Positions 1-14,342 are shown, numbered from the stretch's first letter. The stretch is DNA of 64,000 nt from Octopus vulgaris (GCA_951406725.2 OX597814.1:124186001-124250000); one strand, 5' to 3'. Program-made: numbers and translations. The notes: a model not told the origin generated them from the sequence alone.

Positions 1-89
1 CGGAATTTGAACTCAGAATGTAATGGCAGACAAAATACTGCTAAGCATTTCGCCCGGTGTGGTAACATTTCTACCAGCTTACCGCCTTC

Positions 90-146
<57 letters not shown>

Positions 147-848
147 ACTATCTATCTATCTGTCTATCTGTTAGTCTACATATCTGTCTACCTATCAGTC
201 TCTTTGCCTCTCTGTCAGTCTTTCTATGTATATAAAGATAAATAAAGTATATTAAATATCTTACTAGGAAAATTATCTCCAGTTCTAGATAAGAGAAGGG
301 TTACTTGGTAGCAATTGGTGGAAACTCCAAATGAGAAGGGAAGATAATCTAAAATATCAAGGATTCTCCAAAGTTGACAAGTCATTAAAGAAGAGTCAGT
401 CTGATTGTCTAGAGACAAAAGGAGAGCTGTAGTTACATATTCCTGCCTCAATAGGCATCATCAGCACAGGAATTACTCTACATTGTCTCCAGCAGAATGA
501 GATATTTTTACACATACAAAAAACAGTACAACACATTTTTGGCCTAGGTAGTTTGAATAATTTAAACAAAAAAATGAGCTAAAGAGAAATGACCCAGAGT
601 GAGGAATTGCATGAATTTGAGCAACATCTGTGCGCAATGGTACACTAATATTATATCATATAAATTCTTGTTTTATTGAAATTACTTCTGCTTCCAGAGA
701 AGATAAAACAATTGCTAGATAGCAATTGGAACATATCTCCAAGTGAAAAAGGGAGATAATAGCAAGAAATAAGAATTTTCCAAAATTGATTTACCATTAA
801 CGAAAAGATAGTCTGTCTGTCTGTCTGTCTGTCCATCCATTCATCCAG

Positions 849-908
<60 letters not shown>

Positions 909-940
909 TATCCATCCATCCATCCGTCCATCCATCTATG

Positions 941-972
<32 letters not shown>

Positions 973-1729
973 AGTTGCTTTTACACAGTTTCTGTCTATC
1001 AAATTCACTAACAGAGAATTTGTCGGCTCAAGTTGCCACACAGTGGGACTGAACTCAAAACCCTGTGGCTGCAAAACAAGCTTCTTAACTACACAGCCAT
1101 GTCTGTGCCTGTCATTATATTTCTGAATTCAAACCTTACCAATGTTGCTCTGCCTTTCATCCTTCGAAGTGGTGGTGGCAGTGGTGGGGTGGTCAACAAA
1201 ATCTTTACCTGGTGGGTACCAGATCAATCTAATCATCCCTCCTACTCAAATCCACTCACACAAATCCATACCCAGCCTCCTCTCTAATATTCACCCATAC
1301 AAATTCAAGGTCTCATATCTACGCCGAGGAAAAAGTGTCAATTTGAAGAGCAAAAAAAGAAAGAAAATATATATATATTTATGCTGTTGTCAGCTGAAAT
1401 ACCTTTTCTGAAGTTTTGTAGACATTATAGTGAAAACTGCAGGGAATCTTAGCCTAGTTGAAGATGTACTAATTAAGCTACAAAGCTTTTATTACATACT
1501 TACCTCTTGCTCAATCACCCTTCTTATTATTTACTTCTCTTAATTAACAGTTTTGTCGTGTATGAATACATCTTTAATTACTTTAGCTTGCTTTGATGTA
1601 AAAATATTAAACTCATTATCAATGTCTTTATCTTTAAAAACAAAAATGTCTGCTAAACATAAATAAAAATGTTTCTTCTGCTTCTATTTCGTCATAAAGA
1701 TAGTAAATTTAATGTGCTTTTGTTATTGA

Positions 1730-1802
<73 letters not shown>

Positions 1803-2339
1803 GAGGTGGCAAGCTGGTAGAATCGTTAGCGCGTTCGATGGATGCTTAGTGGTATTTTGCCCTTCACTACATTATGTGTTCAAATTCTGCTGAGGTTGAC
1901 TTTGCCTTTCATCCTTCGGGGTCAATAGACTAAGTACCAGTTGAACACTGGGGTCAACATAATTGACTCATCCCTTCCCCCAAAATTGTTGCCCTTGTGG
2001 AAAAATTTGAAACCATTATTATAATTATTACAATTAAGGTGACGAGTTGGTAGAATAAATAGCATGTCAGACAACATGATTAGAGACACTTTTTACAGTG
2101 TTTTGTTTTTTTGCTTTCTGAGTTCAAATTCCACTGAGGTCAATACTACCTTTCAACCTTTCAGGATAGATAAAATAAAGTATAAGTGAAGAAGTGAGGC
2201 TGATGTCATTGACCAACCTCCCCACTTTAAAGTTGCTGGCCTTGTGCTAAAATTTGAAACAATTATTATTATTTGTAAGGCAGTAAGGTGACAGAATTTT
2301 GAGTACCTTGGACAAAATACATAGTGTTTTCCTGAAAGG

Positions 2340-2868
2340 CGCCCATGCCAGTGGTATGTAAAAAGTACCATTCGAGCATGGTAGATGCCAGTCCCATTGG
2401 ACTGGCTCCCATGCCAGAGGCACGTAAGAAAACACCATATGAGTGTGGTTGATGCCAGTGCTGCCTGACTAGTCTCATACTGGTGGCATGTAAAAAAACA
2501 CAATTTGAATGTGGTCATTGTCAGTATTGCCTGACTGGCCCCCGTGCCAGTGGCATATAAAAATGCACCATTAGAGCACGGTCGATGCCAGTGCTGTCTG
2601 ATTGGCCCCCATGCCAGAGACATGTAAAAAAGCACCATTTGAGCATGGTCAATGCCAGTGCCACCTGACTGGGCTCCCATGCCGGTGGCACATAAAAAGC
2701 ACCCACTACACTCTTGGTGTGGTTGGCATCAAGAAGGGCATCCTGCTGTAGAAACATTGCCAGATCAGATTGGAGTCTGGTGCAGCCTCCTGGGTTGCCA
2801 GTCCTCAGTCAAACCGTCCAACTCATGCCAGCATGGAAAGTAGATGTTAAACAATGATGATGATGATG
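2340..2868 (+). repeat. RTE-tail repeat with ~6 tandem ~60-bp units (similar copies at ~24700-25295, 52430-52740 -, 58360-58790 -)
   Basis: Repeated ATGCC.GTGGCA.GTAAAAAGCACCATT units followed by the shared tail and (GAT)n. Confidence 0.75.
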
Positions 2869-3597
2869 CATTTCCTTTGCCACTTTATATTTGGAGTTTG
2901 TTGTACCATGGTCAACTTTACCTTTGATCTTTCAGAGTCAATAAAATAGGGACCAGTCAAGGTTTGGGATTGATGTAATCCACTAACACTTCATCTTAAA
3001 ATTGCTGACCATTTGCCAAAATTTGCAACAATTACTATTATTATTATACAGACTGTGAAAGGTAGTGAGCTGGCACACCGGGCGAAATGCTCAGCAGTAT
3101 TTCGTCTGCTGTTACGTTCTGAGTTCAAATTCTGCCAAAGTCGACTTTGCCTTTCATCCTTTCGGGGTCGATAGATTAAGTACCAGTTATGCACTGGGGT
3201 CGATGTAATTGACTTAATTCCTTTGCCTGTCCTTGTTTGTCCCCTCTTTATTTAGCCCCTTGTAGGCAATAAAGAAATAAGAATCATTAGCATGCTGGTC
3301 GAAATGCTTAGCGGTATTTCATCTGTCTTAACGTTCTGAGTTCGAATTCCGCCGAAGTTGACTTTGCTTTTCATCCTTTTAGAGTCGATAAATTAAGTAC
3401 CAGTTGCATACAGGGGTCGCTCTAATCAACTGGCCCCCTTCCCCAAAATTTCAGGCCTTGTGCCTTTAGTAGAAAGGATTATTATATAGGCCTTGTGCTT
3501 CGAGTATAAAGGATTCTTGTTGTTGTTGTTGTTATTATTATCATTATTATTATTATCAATATTATTGTCACTGTTGTTTTTTTTTTTGTTTTTCCAG

Positions 3598-3738
3598 TCA
3601 TCAGACCCTCTTAAGCAGTACCTACAGAGAAATATGGCCACACTTCAACAGTGCTTACACGAATCAGTATACAGTTTAATGGTACAAGAACTTTGGCAGA
3701 CTTCCATCAAGATCATGGAACAACAGATGATGGTTGGC
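3598..3738 (+). CDS. BAIAP3: BAIAP3/Munc13-4-family protein, internal exon A (start of MHD2 region of the MUN domain)
   Basis: Polypyrimidine tract + ttccAG at 3596-97, GTAAGT donor at 3739. 141 nt, phase 0-0. Encodes SSDPLKQYLQRNMATLQQCLHESVYSLMVQELWQTSIKIMEQQMMVG, matching the Munc13 MHD2 pattern PL..YL..N...L...L......V..LW. Symbol is family-level (BAIAP3 vs UNC13D unresolved). Confidence 0.85.
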
Positions 3739-4267
3739 GTAAGTAAACAAACATACAACTAGTGTGGTGGTCCTGTCCCTGGTGGTCTACCAAACCACCA
3801 AGAGGCCTCCCAACTCTTCTTCAACTACTGTAATAATTCTATTGGGACATGACATATAACATGCAACTCTAGCTAACCCAGGATGGTAATAGTTTAAACA
3901 GGAAGAATAAATTTACTGTAAATTGATAGCTGGAGAAATGTAGCCGAGCTAAAAGCAGAAATATTGATTCGAGTACGATTTTGCTGTTATTTATGGTGAC
4001 TGGATTTTAAAATATCAGTTACATCCATTGCAATAAATGCCCTTAAAATGAAAGGAGTCAGAAAGAAACTATTGTTTTAGGGATTAAGGAAGCAGAGTGT
4101 ATATCATCATCGTCATCATCATCGTCATCATCGTCATCATCATCATCATCATCATCATCATAATCATCATTGTCGTCATCATCAACATCTAACATCCATG
4201 CTCTATGCTGTCATGGGTTGCGTGTATATGTGTGTGTGTGTATAAATATATATATATATATATATAT

Positions 4268-4305
<38 letters not shown>

Positions 4306-6970
4306 CTATTGTGTGTCTGTGTGTGTGTGTGTGTGTATATATTTGTGTGTGCATGTGAAAATAAATATATGCACACATGCTTATACACACACACACATAT
4401 ATATATATAAATAAATATAGATATATATGCATATACACAGAGACACACACGCATATACATATACATACATTACATACATACATATGTATATATATACACA
4501 CACATGCACACACACACACATGTACGCACGCACACACACACACACGCACACACACGCACACACATTCACATACTCATATTTATTGAACTTTCTATTTTAA
4601 ATTCTGTTTCCTCAACTACCATGGGTAAGGTGGGTGGTTCTGAAAATGTTTTTTTAGAAACATTGCCTTAGCTATTTTCATAGCTTGTGTCTTTCCAGTG
4701 ACAAACACGAAAGGAGAAAATGAAGTAACATGCCTTACCTAAAAGAAACAACACAATGACAGCCAAGCAAATAAGAGATAATCTATGATCTCATTTGATT
4801 GACTAGAAATAACAGCCGAAGTTTTGTATTACATTCTACCATCTTACACAAAAAAAAGTGGGGACTTATTAAATTTCGTTGTGTCTTAGGAGGGTCATCA
4901 TACCAATAATAAATACATGCACTGGTTCTATTTCACTTCGTTATTGTTTATTTGTCAACTGGTTGACTATAATGTTGAGTTAGATACATTAAACTATAGT
5001 GGTTCTCAGGTAGCAAATTGGCTGAGTGGTTAAAGGAGTGGATAGGATAATTTGTGGTGTGTTCCAGATTTCTGTGTACTGAGTTCAAATCCTGCCAAGG
5101 TTGACTTTATTTTTCATCCTTTCTGGTTTAATAAACAAGTTATGCCATTTCTCAGGAATTAATTTTATGAAATTGTTAAAGCATCAGACATGATGACTTG
5201 TGGTATCTGTTTTGGCTTTTGACTACCTTCTGAGTTCAAATCTATTGGTGTCACTGGAAAAAAAAACCCTAAAAAACTGAAAGTGACACTGCTGTTAGTT
5301 TGATGGGTGTATAATAACAGCAATTGCATAACCAATAGAAGCATAACTTTCTTGATTTGATTCAAAAGTGATCATAATATTTCATTTTTGGATTTGGTTT
5401 GCAAGATTCTTTATGTGAGTTCATGTGTTGAAGCATATTCTGTTGTGTCTGGGGAGAATCATTTTCTTTTTGTGCCTTATAGTTTAACACACTCACCGGT
5501 AAAATTTCCACTTATTTCTTATTTTTATTTTCCTATAATTTTTGTTGCATCTTGCACCTTTTTAATAGTCTTGATAATAAGATACATTATTCTATTAGGA
5601 GCTTAGGGCTGGTTTCCTGGTCTCTCTGGCATCGATATTCCTCTTGCTGGAAGGGAAGCTGGCCCATCACAGGATTATTCATACTTACCAGCTGAGTGGA
5701 CTGGAACAATGTGAAATAAAGTGTTTTATTCAAGAACACAATACACTGTCCAGTCCAGGAACTGAAACCACAATCCTGTGATCATGAGTCCAACACCCTG
5801 ACCACTAAGTTATGTGCCTCCATTAGCATAATATAATATTAAAGTAGAAATTGGAGCTCTGTGCCTCTGCAAAGTCTTCCATTCTGTCTGACCCCATTGA
5901 ATTATCCAACCCATGGAAGACAGATGTCTCAAGCAAACACCTTTTGATATATACTCTCTTTTACTTGTTTCAGTCATTTGACAGTGGCCATGCTGGAGCA
6001 CCGCCTTTAGTCGAGCAAATCAACCCCAGGACTTATTCTTTGTAAGCCTAGTACTTATTCTATCGGTCTCTTATGCCGAACTGTTAAGTTACGGGCACAT
6101 ATACACACCAGCATCGGTTGTCAAATGATGTCGGGGGGACAAACACAGACACACAAACACATACACACACATATATATATACATATACATATATACGACA
6201 AGCTTCTTTCAGTTTCTGTCTACCAAATCCACTTACAAGGCTTTGGTTGGCCCGAGGCTATAGTAGAAGACACTTGCCCAAGGTGCCACGCAGTGGGACT
6301 GAACCCAGAAACATGTGGCTGGTAAGCAAGCTACTCCTGCACCTGTGCAATGCTTTTGCTAATTGTATTTAATTGCCATTGTTGTCATGAGAAAATACAA
6401 ACACCATCTAAGCCTCTTATTCTTGACTCTGTGGAGCATTCAGAGTATGACAGCTTGAGGGCTGCACCAGCACCTCAGATGTTACTCATTTTCAGTTGAA
6501 TAAACTGGGGAAAATGTAAAATGATTCATTACAGCAGATTTGCTATGGCTGGTTGCCCTTCCTATTGCTAACCCTCACCTATTTCCGGGTAAGGCAATAT
6601 TTACCCCAGGCAAGACATAAAGATAAGACTGCATTAGTATGAGGATGATGTTTAATGACAATCACCATTTAACGTCCACCTTCCATGCGGGTATGAGTTG
6701 GACGGTTTGACTGAAAACTGATAAGCCGGGGGCGAGGTGTTGGGTGGGGGTCTGCACCAGGTTTCCATCTGATTTGGTAAGGTTTCTATGGTTGGATGCC
6801 CTTCCTCATGCCAACCACTCCAAGCGTGTAGTGGGTGCTTTTTATGTGCCACCAGCAGGAGTGCCATTTATCTGACACCGATATTGACCACGATTATGGT
6901 CTCACTTGGCTTGACAAGTGAGATTGCAGTTATCGCTGAGCATATAATATCTAGACAAGGAAACATCCAA

Positions 6971-7002
<32 letters not shown>

Positions 7003-7555
7003 ACATACATGCACTAACCCAACAGGCTTCTTTCAGAGTGGACTGTGCTGTTGATGTGGTACCAGCTCAGGCGAGGTCAGTTTTGGCATGGTTTTTACAG
7101 CTGGATGTCCTTCCAAATGCCAACCACATTACAGTGTGGGCTGGATGCTTTTTAAGTGATGCCAGCAAGACAAAGATCCTTTGAGAGAGGAGGGGGCATT
7201 GTTTTTGTGTGTGTGTTTGTCTTCCACCACTGCTTTAGAACTGGTATTGGTGTGTTACCCAGGTGTAGCAATAACAAAAAAACAAAAAGATACTGGGGTC
7301 GATTCATTCCACTAAAAATACTTCAAGGCAGTGCTCCAGCATGGCCAAAATCTAATAATGACTGAAACAAGTAAAAGATAAAAGATGAAACATATATACA
7401 TATATATATATATACATAGGCATAGGGGTGGCTGTGTTCAGTCCCACTGCATGGCACTGTGGGAAAGTGTCTTCTACTATAGCCTCAAGCTGACCAAAGC
7501 CTTGTGAATGGATTTGGTAGACAGAAACTGAAAAAAACCCATCGTATATGTGTGT

Positions 7556-7595
<40 letters not shown>

Positions 7596-7822
7596 GTATG
7601 TTTGTGTGTCTGTGTTTGTCCCTCCCAGCATCGCTTGACAACCAGTGCTGGTGTGTTTACATCCCCGTAACTTATCAGTTTGGCAAAAGAGGCCGATAGA
7701 ATAAGTACTAGGCTTACAAAGAATAAGTTCTAGGGTCGATTTGCTCGACTAAAGGCAGTGCTCCAGCATGGCTGCATTCAAATGACTGAAAAAAGGAAAA
7801 GAAAGAAAAAAAGAAAAGAAAG

Positions 7823-7875
<53 letters not shown>

Positions 7876-8183
7876 TAAGATTTTGTTGCCCACCACATCT
7901 TCATGTAACATTTACTTATGTAGCATACAATGTGGTAACACAATACTTTAGCCATGAGTTAGATAGATAGATACATAGATACATAGATAGAGAGGGAGAG
8001 AGATTCTTTCTGTTCTCTTGGCTTTATCAGCATTAAAGTAAAATGTTCTTCAACAAACTTTCCACCATCTCTAAACTGGAAGCTACATACGTTTTCTGAA
8101 ACTTTGGGCCATTTTTCTCTTTGACAAAAATGTGTGAAAGGTCGCAGCTAGAGCTCTAATTCAATAACAAAGTTCTAGCGGGT

Positions 8184-8262
<79 letters not shown>

Positions 8263-9389
8263 TTATATACACACACATATATATACATATACATATATAC
8301 ATATATATATACATACATACACATAATTATATAAATACGTATATATATATGTGTGTGTGTGTGTGCATCATCATCTATATATAAATCTCTGTTGATTAAT
8401 TCTTGTGTATTTTAGATAAATTTTTGATGAAGCTCACAACTGATTCTCTTGTTAGGTGATAGATTCTTAAAACTAATGAATATTGACCCGATTATTAATT
8501 CTGAATTGGTGTGAGGCCTTAACGTCCCCTGAGGAGCAAAGAGGGGATTGATGATAAATACACTAACAACAACAACAACAACAAAAACAACAGCAATAAT
8601 AATAATAATAATAATGATGGCAATAATGATTGATGACGATGGTGGTGGTAGTGGTGGTGGTGGAGAAAGAAAAGGGTGAGGAGGTGGTGGTGGTTTTGGT
8701 GGTGACAGTACCTTCTGTGAGAGCTGATTGTTTTATAGCTGTTGGGATAGATGTTTAACCTCTTAAGTAGTCTCAACTATGACACGACTGCCCCATTATT
8801 CTAACCTCTAATGGAAAACTAAAGCTGCAGACACACTTATTTATTGGCCAAACATGTGTGAGAGACATGAAAACGCTACCAGCCTATATATACTTTAACC
8901 TTATTAGCAGCTGTAAACTCAGCAAGATCTTTTACATTGAATTGATCATTAATAGATTTTTATCAATAACCAATCAGAAATGAATCAATGCTGTATCTAT
9001 AGTCTGGTATTAAAAGTAGAAGCTGGTGGTACCATGAGACAGAGTAACAGTGATTTTTGCCTTTATTTCTAATATAATTTGTGTTAATGTAGACCATCAT
9101 TTGCTTTCCAAATTGCACTTTCTTTATCATCAATCTGCTGGCTATCCAACCAATTCCGATGATGATTTTAATCGTTGATTTGACTGCTCTAAGAACAAGC
9201 ATGGCTGTGTGATTAAGAATTTGCTTGACAATCATATGATGTGGAGTTCAGAGCTACCGTGTGGCTACTCTGGCAAATGTCTTCTATTCTAGCCATGGGC
9301 TGAATAAAGTTTTGTAGACAAACTGAAAGAAGTTCATTTGTAAACATACATACATACATACATGCATACATACATACATACATACATAC

Positions 9390-10085
9390 ATGATGATGGC
9401 TGCCCCCTCGTTATTGAGTATGGCCATTGCACGAAGCATAACTGTTATTGGTGCTGTGATCGAATGTAACTTTTTAGCCCAGCTAAAGATCTACGATGTC
9501 TTGTACAGAATTGGCAGCTAAAACCTTTACCGGTAATAGCCGGCTATAGTTGTAACTGGGCTTCATGTACCTTTGCATGTCGTTTAAGTCCTCCTGCCGA
9601 ATTACACTCTCTTCCACATGCCCGACAGGTATGATTAGTATGGTGTGTAACACCACCAATAGTGGCCAGGTTGTAACTCGCCTGTCTTGCTTTATGACTA
9701 CGAAGATGACTCTTGAGTCCAGCTTTACTGAGGCAGGGTCTTGCCTCAGTAAACATACATACATACATACACTAAAGAAAATATGGTCCTTGAAACTCTT
9801 TGTATTCAATAAAACTGTGGCCCACAATGTGTTTGCAGTGACAGTACTCATACCAACATTTAGGCTGCTTGACTGGATGCTTGATGAAATCTGAGCCATT
9901 GATGTGAAAACCTGGAAGATACTAACCAGTACACATAATTTCCACATCAACAATGACATTGTCTGCCTCTACCTGAAACAAAAACAATGGACTGCCTTTG
10001 ACTGTTGTATCATATCCCTTCAGCAACATCTTTTAACCACCAAGTGTCGAATTGTATCCCTTGACCAAGTTTGCATAGATAAGGA
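9390..10085 (-). mobile_element. RTE/BovB-like LINE 3' fragment with C2H2 zinc fingers
   Basis: CLSKAGLKSHLRSH and HTCRACGRECNSAGGLKRHAKVH fingers. Upstream WVKRCC*RDD..AVHCF..SLLMWK and QSSSLN.GMST resemble the RTE post-RT region. Ends in catcat. Confidence 0.6.
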
Positions 10086-10089
10086 TGTA

Positions 10090-10460
10090 ACATCATGAGA
10101 CTTGGAAAGCAGCTCCTTGAGCAGCATTCCTTATCTGATAACCTTAAATAAATGCCTAAAGAAGTCACATGACTTTACCGCAACATATCATCAGATGAAG
10201 GGATGAGTGTATATCAGCAGAAGACCATTCATGGATATGTTAGTAGAAAGCTCCAAGATGATAGTAACATTGATCATCAAAGCAGTCTATCATGGACCAA
10301 CAACTGGATTACTACCTCTCATTCTGAAGGGTATGTGTTTGCAATCTAGGAGCAGGAAATATCAACCAAATACCTGATGCACAAAAAGGACAGAGATGTA
10401 GGAAAAGTAGCAAAATGTGATAACCGATGCAGACTTTATAGAGTTATCACCAAAGATAAC
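10090..10460 (+). mobile_element. Dong/R4-like LINE internal fragment
   Basis: Degenerate translation HGYVSRK..SEGYVFAI*EQEISTKYL..CDNRCRL, typical of the region upstream of the RLE zinc knuckle. Confidence 0.55.
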
Positions 10461-10579
10461 ACTTCTTCTGTGAAAACATGTCCTCCGATGGGAAAATATT
10501 ACCTTCCTTGGAAACAGGTGAAAGTTGGTGACAGGAAGGGCATTCAGCCATGAAACAGCAGATATTAAAACAATGATGA

Positions 10580-11012
10580 TTCTACCAGTGCTAGTGACTA
10601 ACCTCTTAATAGTGGTGACTATCCTAACAATTTGACTGACTGTTCTACCAATTACACCAACTGTCCTGCTAATTCTAGTTACTATCTATCGATTCTGTTG
10701 ATTATTTTTAATAACTCTGCTATCAATTTTGCTGTCTTTTTACTATTTATGTCTTATCTATAAATTCTAGTGTCTATCACAGTTATACTTCAAACTATCT
10801 TATCAATCAACTGACTGTTCTACAAATTCTAGTGATAGTACTATCAATTCCGTTGACTAACCTAGCACTTCTGATGGCTACCTTACCAGTTCATCTGATT
10901 ATGCAATTGCTTGAGTGACAGTTCTACATTTAAATAAATTCTGAAGACTTTTCTCCAATTCTACTAACTAGCTGACTAATTCTATTGATGGTCCTTCTAA
11001 TTCTAATGACTA
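10580..11012. repeat. Degenerate ~21-bp minisatellite
   Basis: Recurring units like CTACCAATTCTAGTGACTATC, about 20 diverged copies. Confidence 0.55.
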
Positions 11013-11214
11013 TTCTTATTTACTTAGTAATGTCTTGCAATATACAATGAAGTAATTGTAAAACTATGAACTCCAAGGGTGGGGGAGCTTTATGTTAGGA
11101 GATGAAGAGTAGAGAGGGGTAAAGTACGAGAAAGAAAGGCCATAGCAAAACAGATTTCTTGCTGTATGAAATATAATACATTTGTGTGTGTATATAATAA
11201 TAATAATAATAATG

Positions 11215-11267
<53 letters not shown>

Positions 11268-11310
11268 TATAATAATAATAATGATAATAATGATATTAAT
11301 AATAATAATA

Positions 11311-11862
11311 ACGCAATAGTGTAGCACAATATATCCATTGGAAGATATGTAAACACCACCAGCTTCCAACTTCAGAAAGATGGTACCAGCATAAACCTGA
11401 AACTGTGACCAGAAAAGATGATGTAACAGTACTCTGGAACATGCCAATCAACACTGATAAAGAAATCAAGGCAAACAGGCTGGTCATAATCATCAAAGAT
11501 GGGAAGAATAAGAAATGCTTATTGATAGATGTGACAGTACCATCAGAGAGAAATGTGTCCATTAAAGAAGTTGAGAAGTTATTTAAGTACAAAGACCTAG
11601 AAATAGAAGTGACCAGGATGTGGGGAAATAAAAGCAGTACAGCACCAGTGGTGATTGGAGCATTATGGCTAATTAAAAAGGGCCTTGATAAGCAGCTCAG
11701 CAAACTCCCTTGCAGTGTTAACGTGAGAGAACTTCAGAAAATAGTGTTGCTAGGTTCTGCACACATTTTATGCTGTGTACTCTCCATGAGATGAGGACCT
11801 GCTGTGACCCTAGGGTCAAGGGATGACCCCAGTTCAGCAGAAGGCAACAGACCATATTTTAT
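11311..11862 (+). mobile_element. Dong/R4-clade non-LTR retrotransposon 3' fragment (restriction-like endonuclease)
   Basis: RNSVAQYIHWKIC..WYQHKPETV..LWNMPINTDKEIKANR..LIDVTVPSERNV..KEVEKLFKYKDL..PVVIGAL. Flanked on both sides by (TAA)n. Confidence 0.85.
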
Positions 11863-11914
<52 letters not shown>

Positions 11915-11921
11915 TAATAAT

Positions 11922-12470
11922 CTGTTTCCAACGATGCCTTTGGGTTTACTGATAATCAGAGCAAAAAATTGGTATTACCACAAACCCGAAGGCATCATTG
12001 AAAATAAAAATGCAAAGATCCTATGAGATTTTATGATTCAGTGCGACCATGAGATTGAGAATAAGAAGTTAGACATAGTCTTAATTGAGAAAGAAAACAA
12101 CCTATGCTGGATCATAGATATAGCATGCCCAGCTGATAACAAAGTATGCAATAAGGAAGAGAGAAAAGTTGAGAGATATGACAGGTTAGCTTTGGTGGTT
12201 AAGCAGTTGTGGTGAATGAAAAAGGTAGCAGTAGTACCAATAATTGTCGGAGCCTTGGGAATAGTGAGCAAAAACCTTGAGAAGTACATGGAACAAATAG
12301 GGGCTGCAATAAGAGTGGCGCACTTGCAGAAAGCAACACTGCTTGGAACCGCCTGAATACTCTGGAAGGTGCTCAAAAATAAGAGGTGTTACCTCAGTTC
12401 ACTGGTAGTGAACAGCTGACATTGCAGTACATCTCCAGTGTTAGAAGCTTTGCAAAGGCAATCATAATAA
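11922..12470 (+). mobile_element. Second Dong/R4-clade RLE 3' fragment (different subfamily)
   Basis: WYYHKPEGIIEN..IQCDHEIENKKLDIV..IIDIACPAD..EERKVERY..VPIIVGALG..LQKATLLGTA. Ends in (TAA)n. Confidence 0.85.
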
Positions 12471-12650
12471 TAATAATAATGAACTTATTGTATACAGTGC
12501 TCAGGTAAAGAAATAAGAAGCTTGCTTCCCAACCACATGGTTCCATGTTCAGTCCCACTGTGTGGCACCTTGGGCAAGTGTACCCTACAATAACCTCAGC
12601 TGACCAAATCCTTGCGAGTGGATTTGGTAGATGGAAACTGAAAGAAGTCT

Positions 12651-12700
<50 letters not shown>

Positions 12701-12704
<4 letters not shown>

Positions 12705-12902
12705 GTGGCCCAAAAGTAGATTTACAGTTATCACATAGGCACTTTAAATTTCTTTTAAAACATTTAAATTTCTATCTTACAATTAACTAAATTAGCATAG
12801 AATAATGGTTTCATATGTTTTTATAATTAAGATCTAAACCGTTAATATATGAATGCAATAGACATAGTTGAATAACTATAAACCTACTTTTGGGTAACCC
12901 TG
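12701..12902. mobile_element. Tc1/mariner-type MITE inserted in the (TA)n of a SINE
   Basis: ~31-bp imperfect TIRs CAGAGTGGCCCAAAAGTAGATTTACAGTTAT / ATAACTATAAACCTACTTTTGGGTAACCCTG, flanked by TA. Confidence 0.8.
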
Positions 12903-14286
12903 TATATGTATATACATATATATATGTGTGTGTATTTGTGTGTCTGTGATTGTCCACCACCATCGCTTGACAACCAATGTTGGTGTGTTTACATCCCTGT
13001 AACTTAGTGGTTCAGAAAAAGAGGCTGATAGAATAAGTACTAGGCTCACAAAGAATAAGTCTTGGGGCCGATTTGTTCAACTAAAGGTGGTGCTCCATCA
13101 TGGCCACAGTCAAATAACTGAAACAAGTAAAAGAATTGTATGTGGAAAGACCTTTGCTGCAGAAGTTAATTGAAATTGCCAGGGAGTATTATTTTACCAA
13201 CAAAAAATCCTTAATTTTAAACTCATTCATATATCAATGATCCCTTGACAGTTTAATTTAAACATTCCTTAATCATTTTGTGACCACGTTTTAAATGAAA
13301 TACACTGTTTCAAATAATTTCAAAAACAACAAAGAATTCAGTAAGATTTTATAAAATAATTAACTTTTCCATTTATTGGTGTTTGTTGCTAGGAGACCTA
13401 TGGTCAAAGCCATTCCATCTCTGAACATCCCTAGATTAATCAATGTATCCTTTATTTACAAAGGGTGGCCTAGAGTTTAGGGTATTGCACTCATGATCGT
13501 AAGATCGTGGTTTCAGTACCCAGAGTGGGCACTGCTTTGTGTTCTTGAGCAAAACACTTCATTTCACATTGCTCTCGTCCACTCACCTGTAAATAAGTTG
13601 AAGCAATAACTAGGAATTTAACTCTTTGATGGGTTAGCATCCTGTTCAGTCGGGTGTGAAGTAATTTCAATCAATTATATGCCATGAAAATCTACATCGA
13701 AGAGGCCAGGGAACAGAAGAAAAAAGAAAGAAGACATGCACCCAACACCAGAGCTGAAGACATCTCCGAAAGGGGGTAGGGGGTCGCCACGTCAAAACGG
13801 TAGAGAAGTAGGGGCCGAAACCGGACGTGGTTCCTCCTGATGATGTCTTGAGCTAACTGGATCCTATAAAGGTGCTGTTGCAGTAGCAGACCACAAAACA
13901 CGGTTGAAATTCCTGAGTTAACGCCTTAGCTTTATGGCTCCCAGGGAATAGGATAAACAGAAGTAGAAGGATGTGTTGTGAGGGAGATTTCATTGCTAGT
14001 TATTTCTAGCAGGTTGAATGATTGCATAGAAGTTATCTTATTGGTTTATTAAGTTAGTGTTATCAACTGCACAAAAAGTTTCTCTATAAAATTATGATGC
14101 AAGATTTTGATTTAAACATAAATATAGATGTCAGCATGGTGGTGTGGTTAAGGAGTTTCCTTCTGGACTATGTGGTTTCAGGTTCAATTCCACTGCATGG
14201 CACTTCAGGCAAATGTGTTCTATTATATCTATAGGCCAACTAAGGCCTTATGAGTGGATTTGGGAGATGGAAACTGTTTGAAACCA

Positions 14287-14342
<56 letters not shown>

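Noticed and set aside
2153-2680. 175-aa ORF and similar ORFs over tandem 60-bp units
   Set aside because: These are antisense translations of RTE 3' UTR repeats, not genes.
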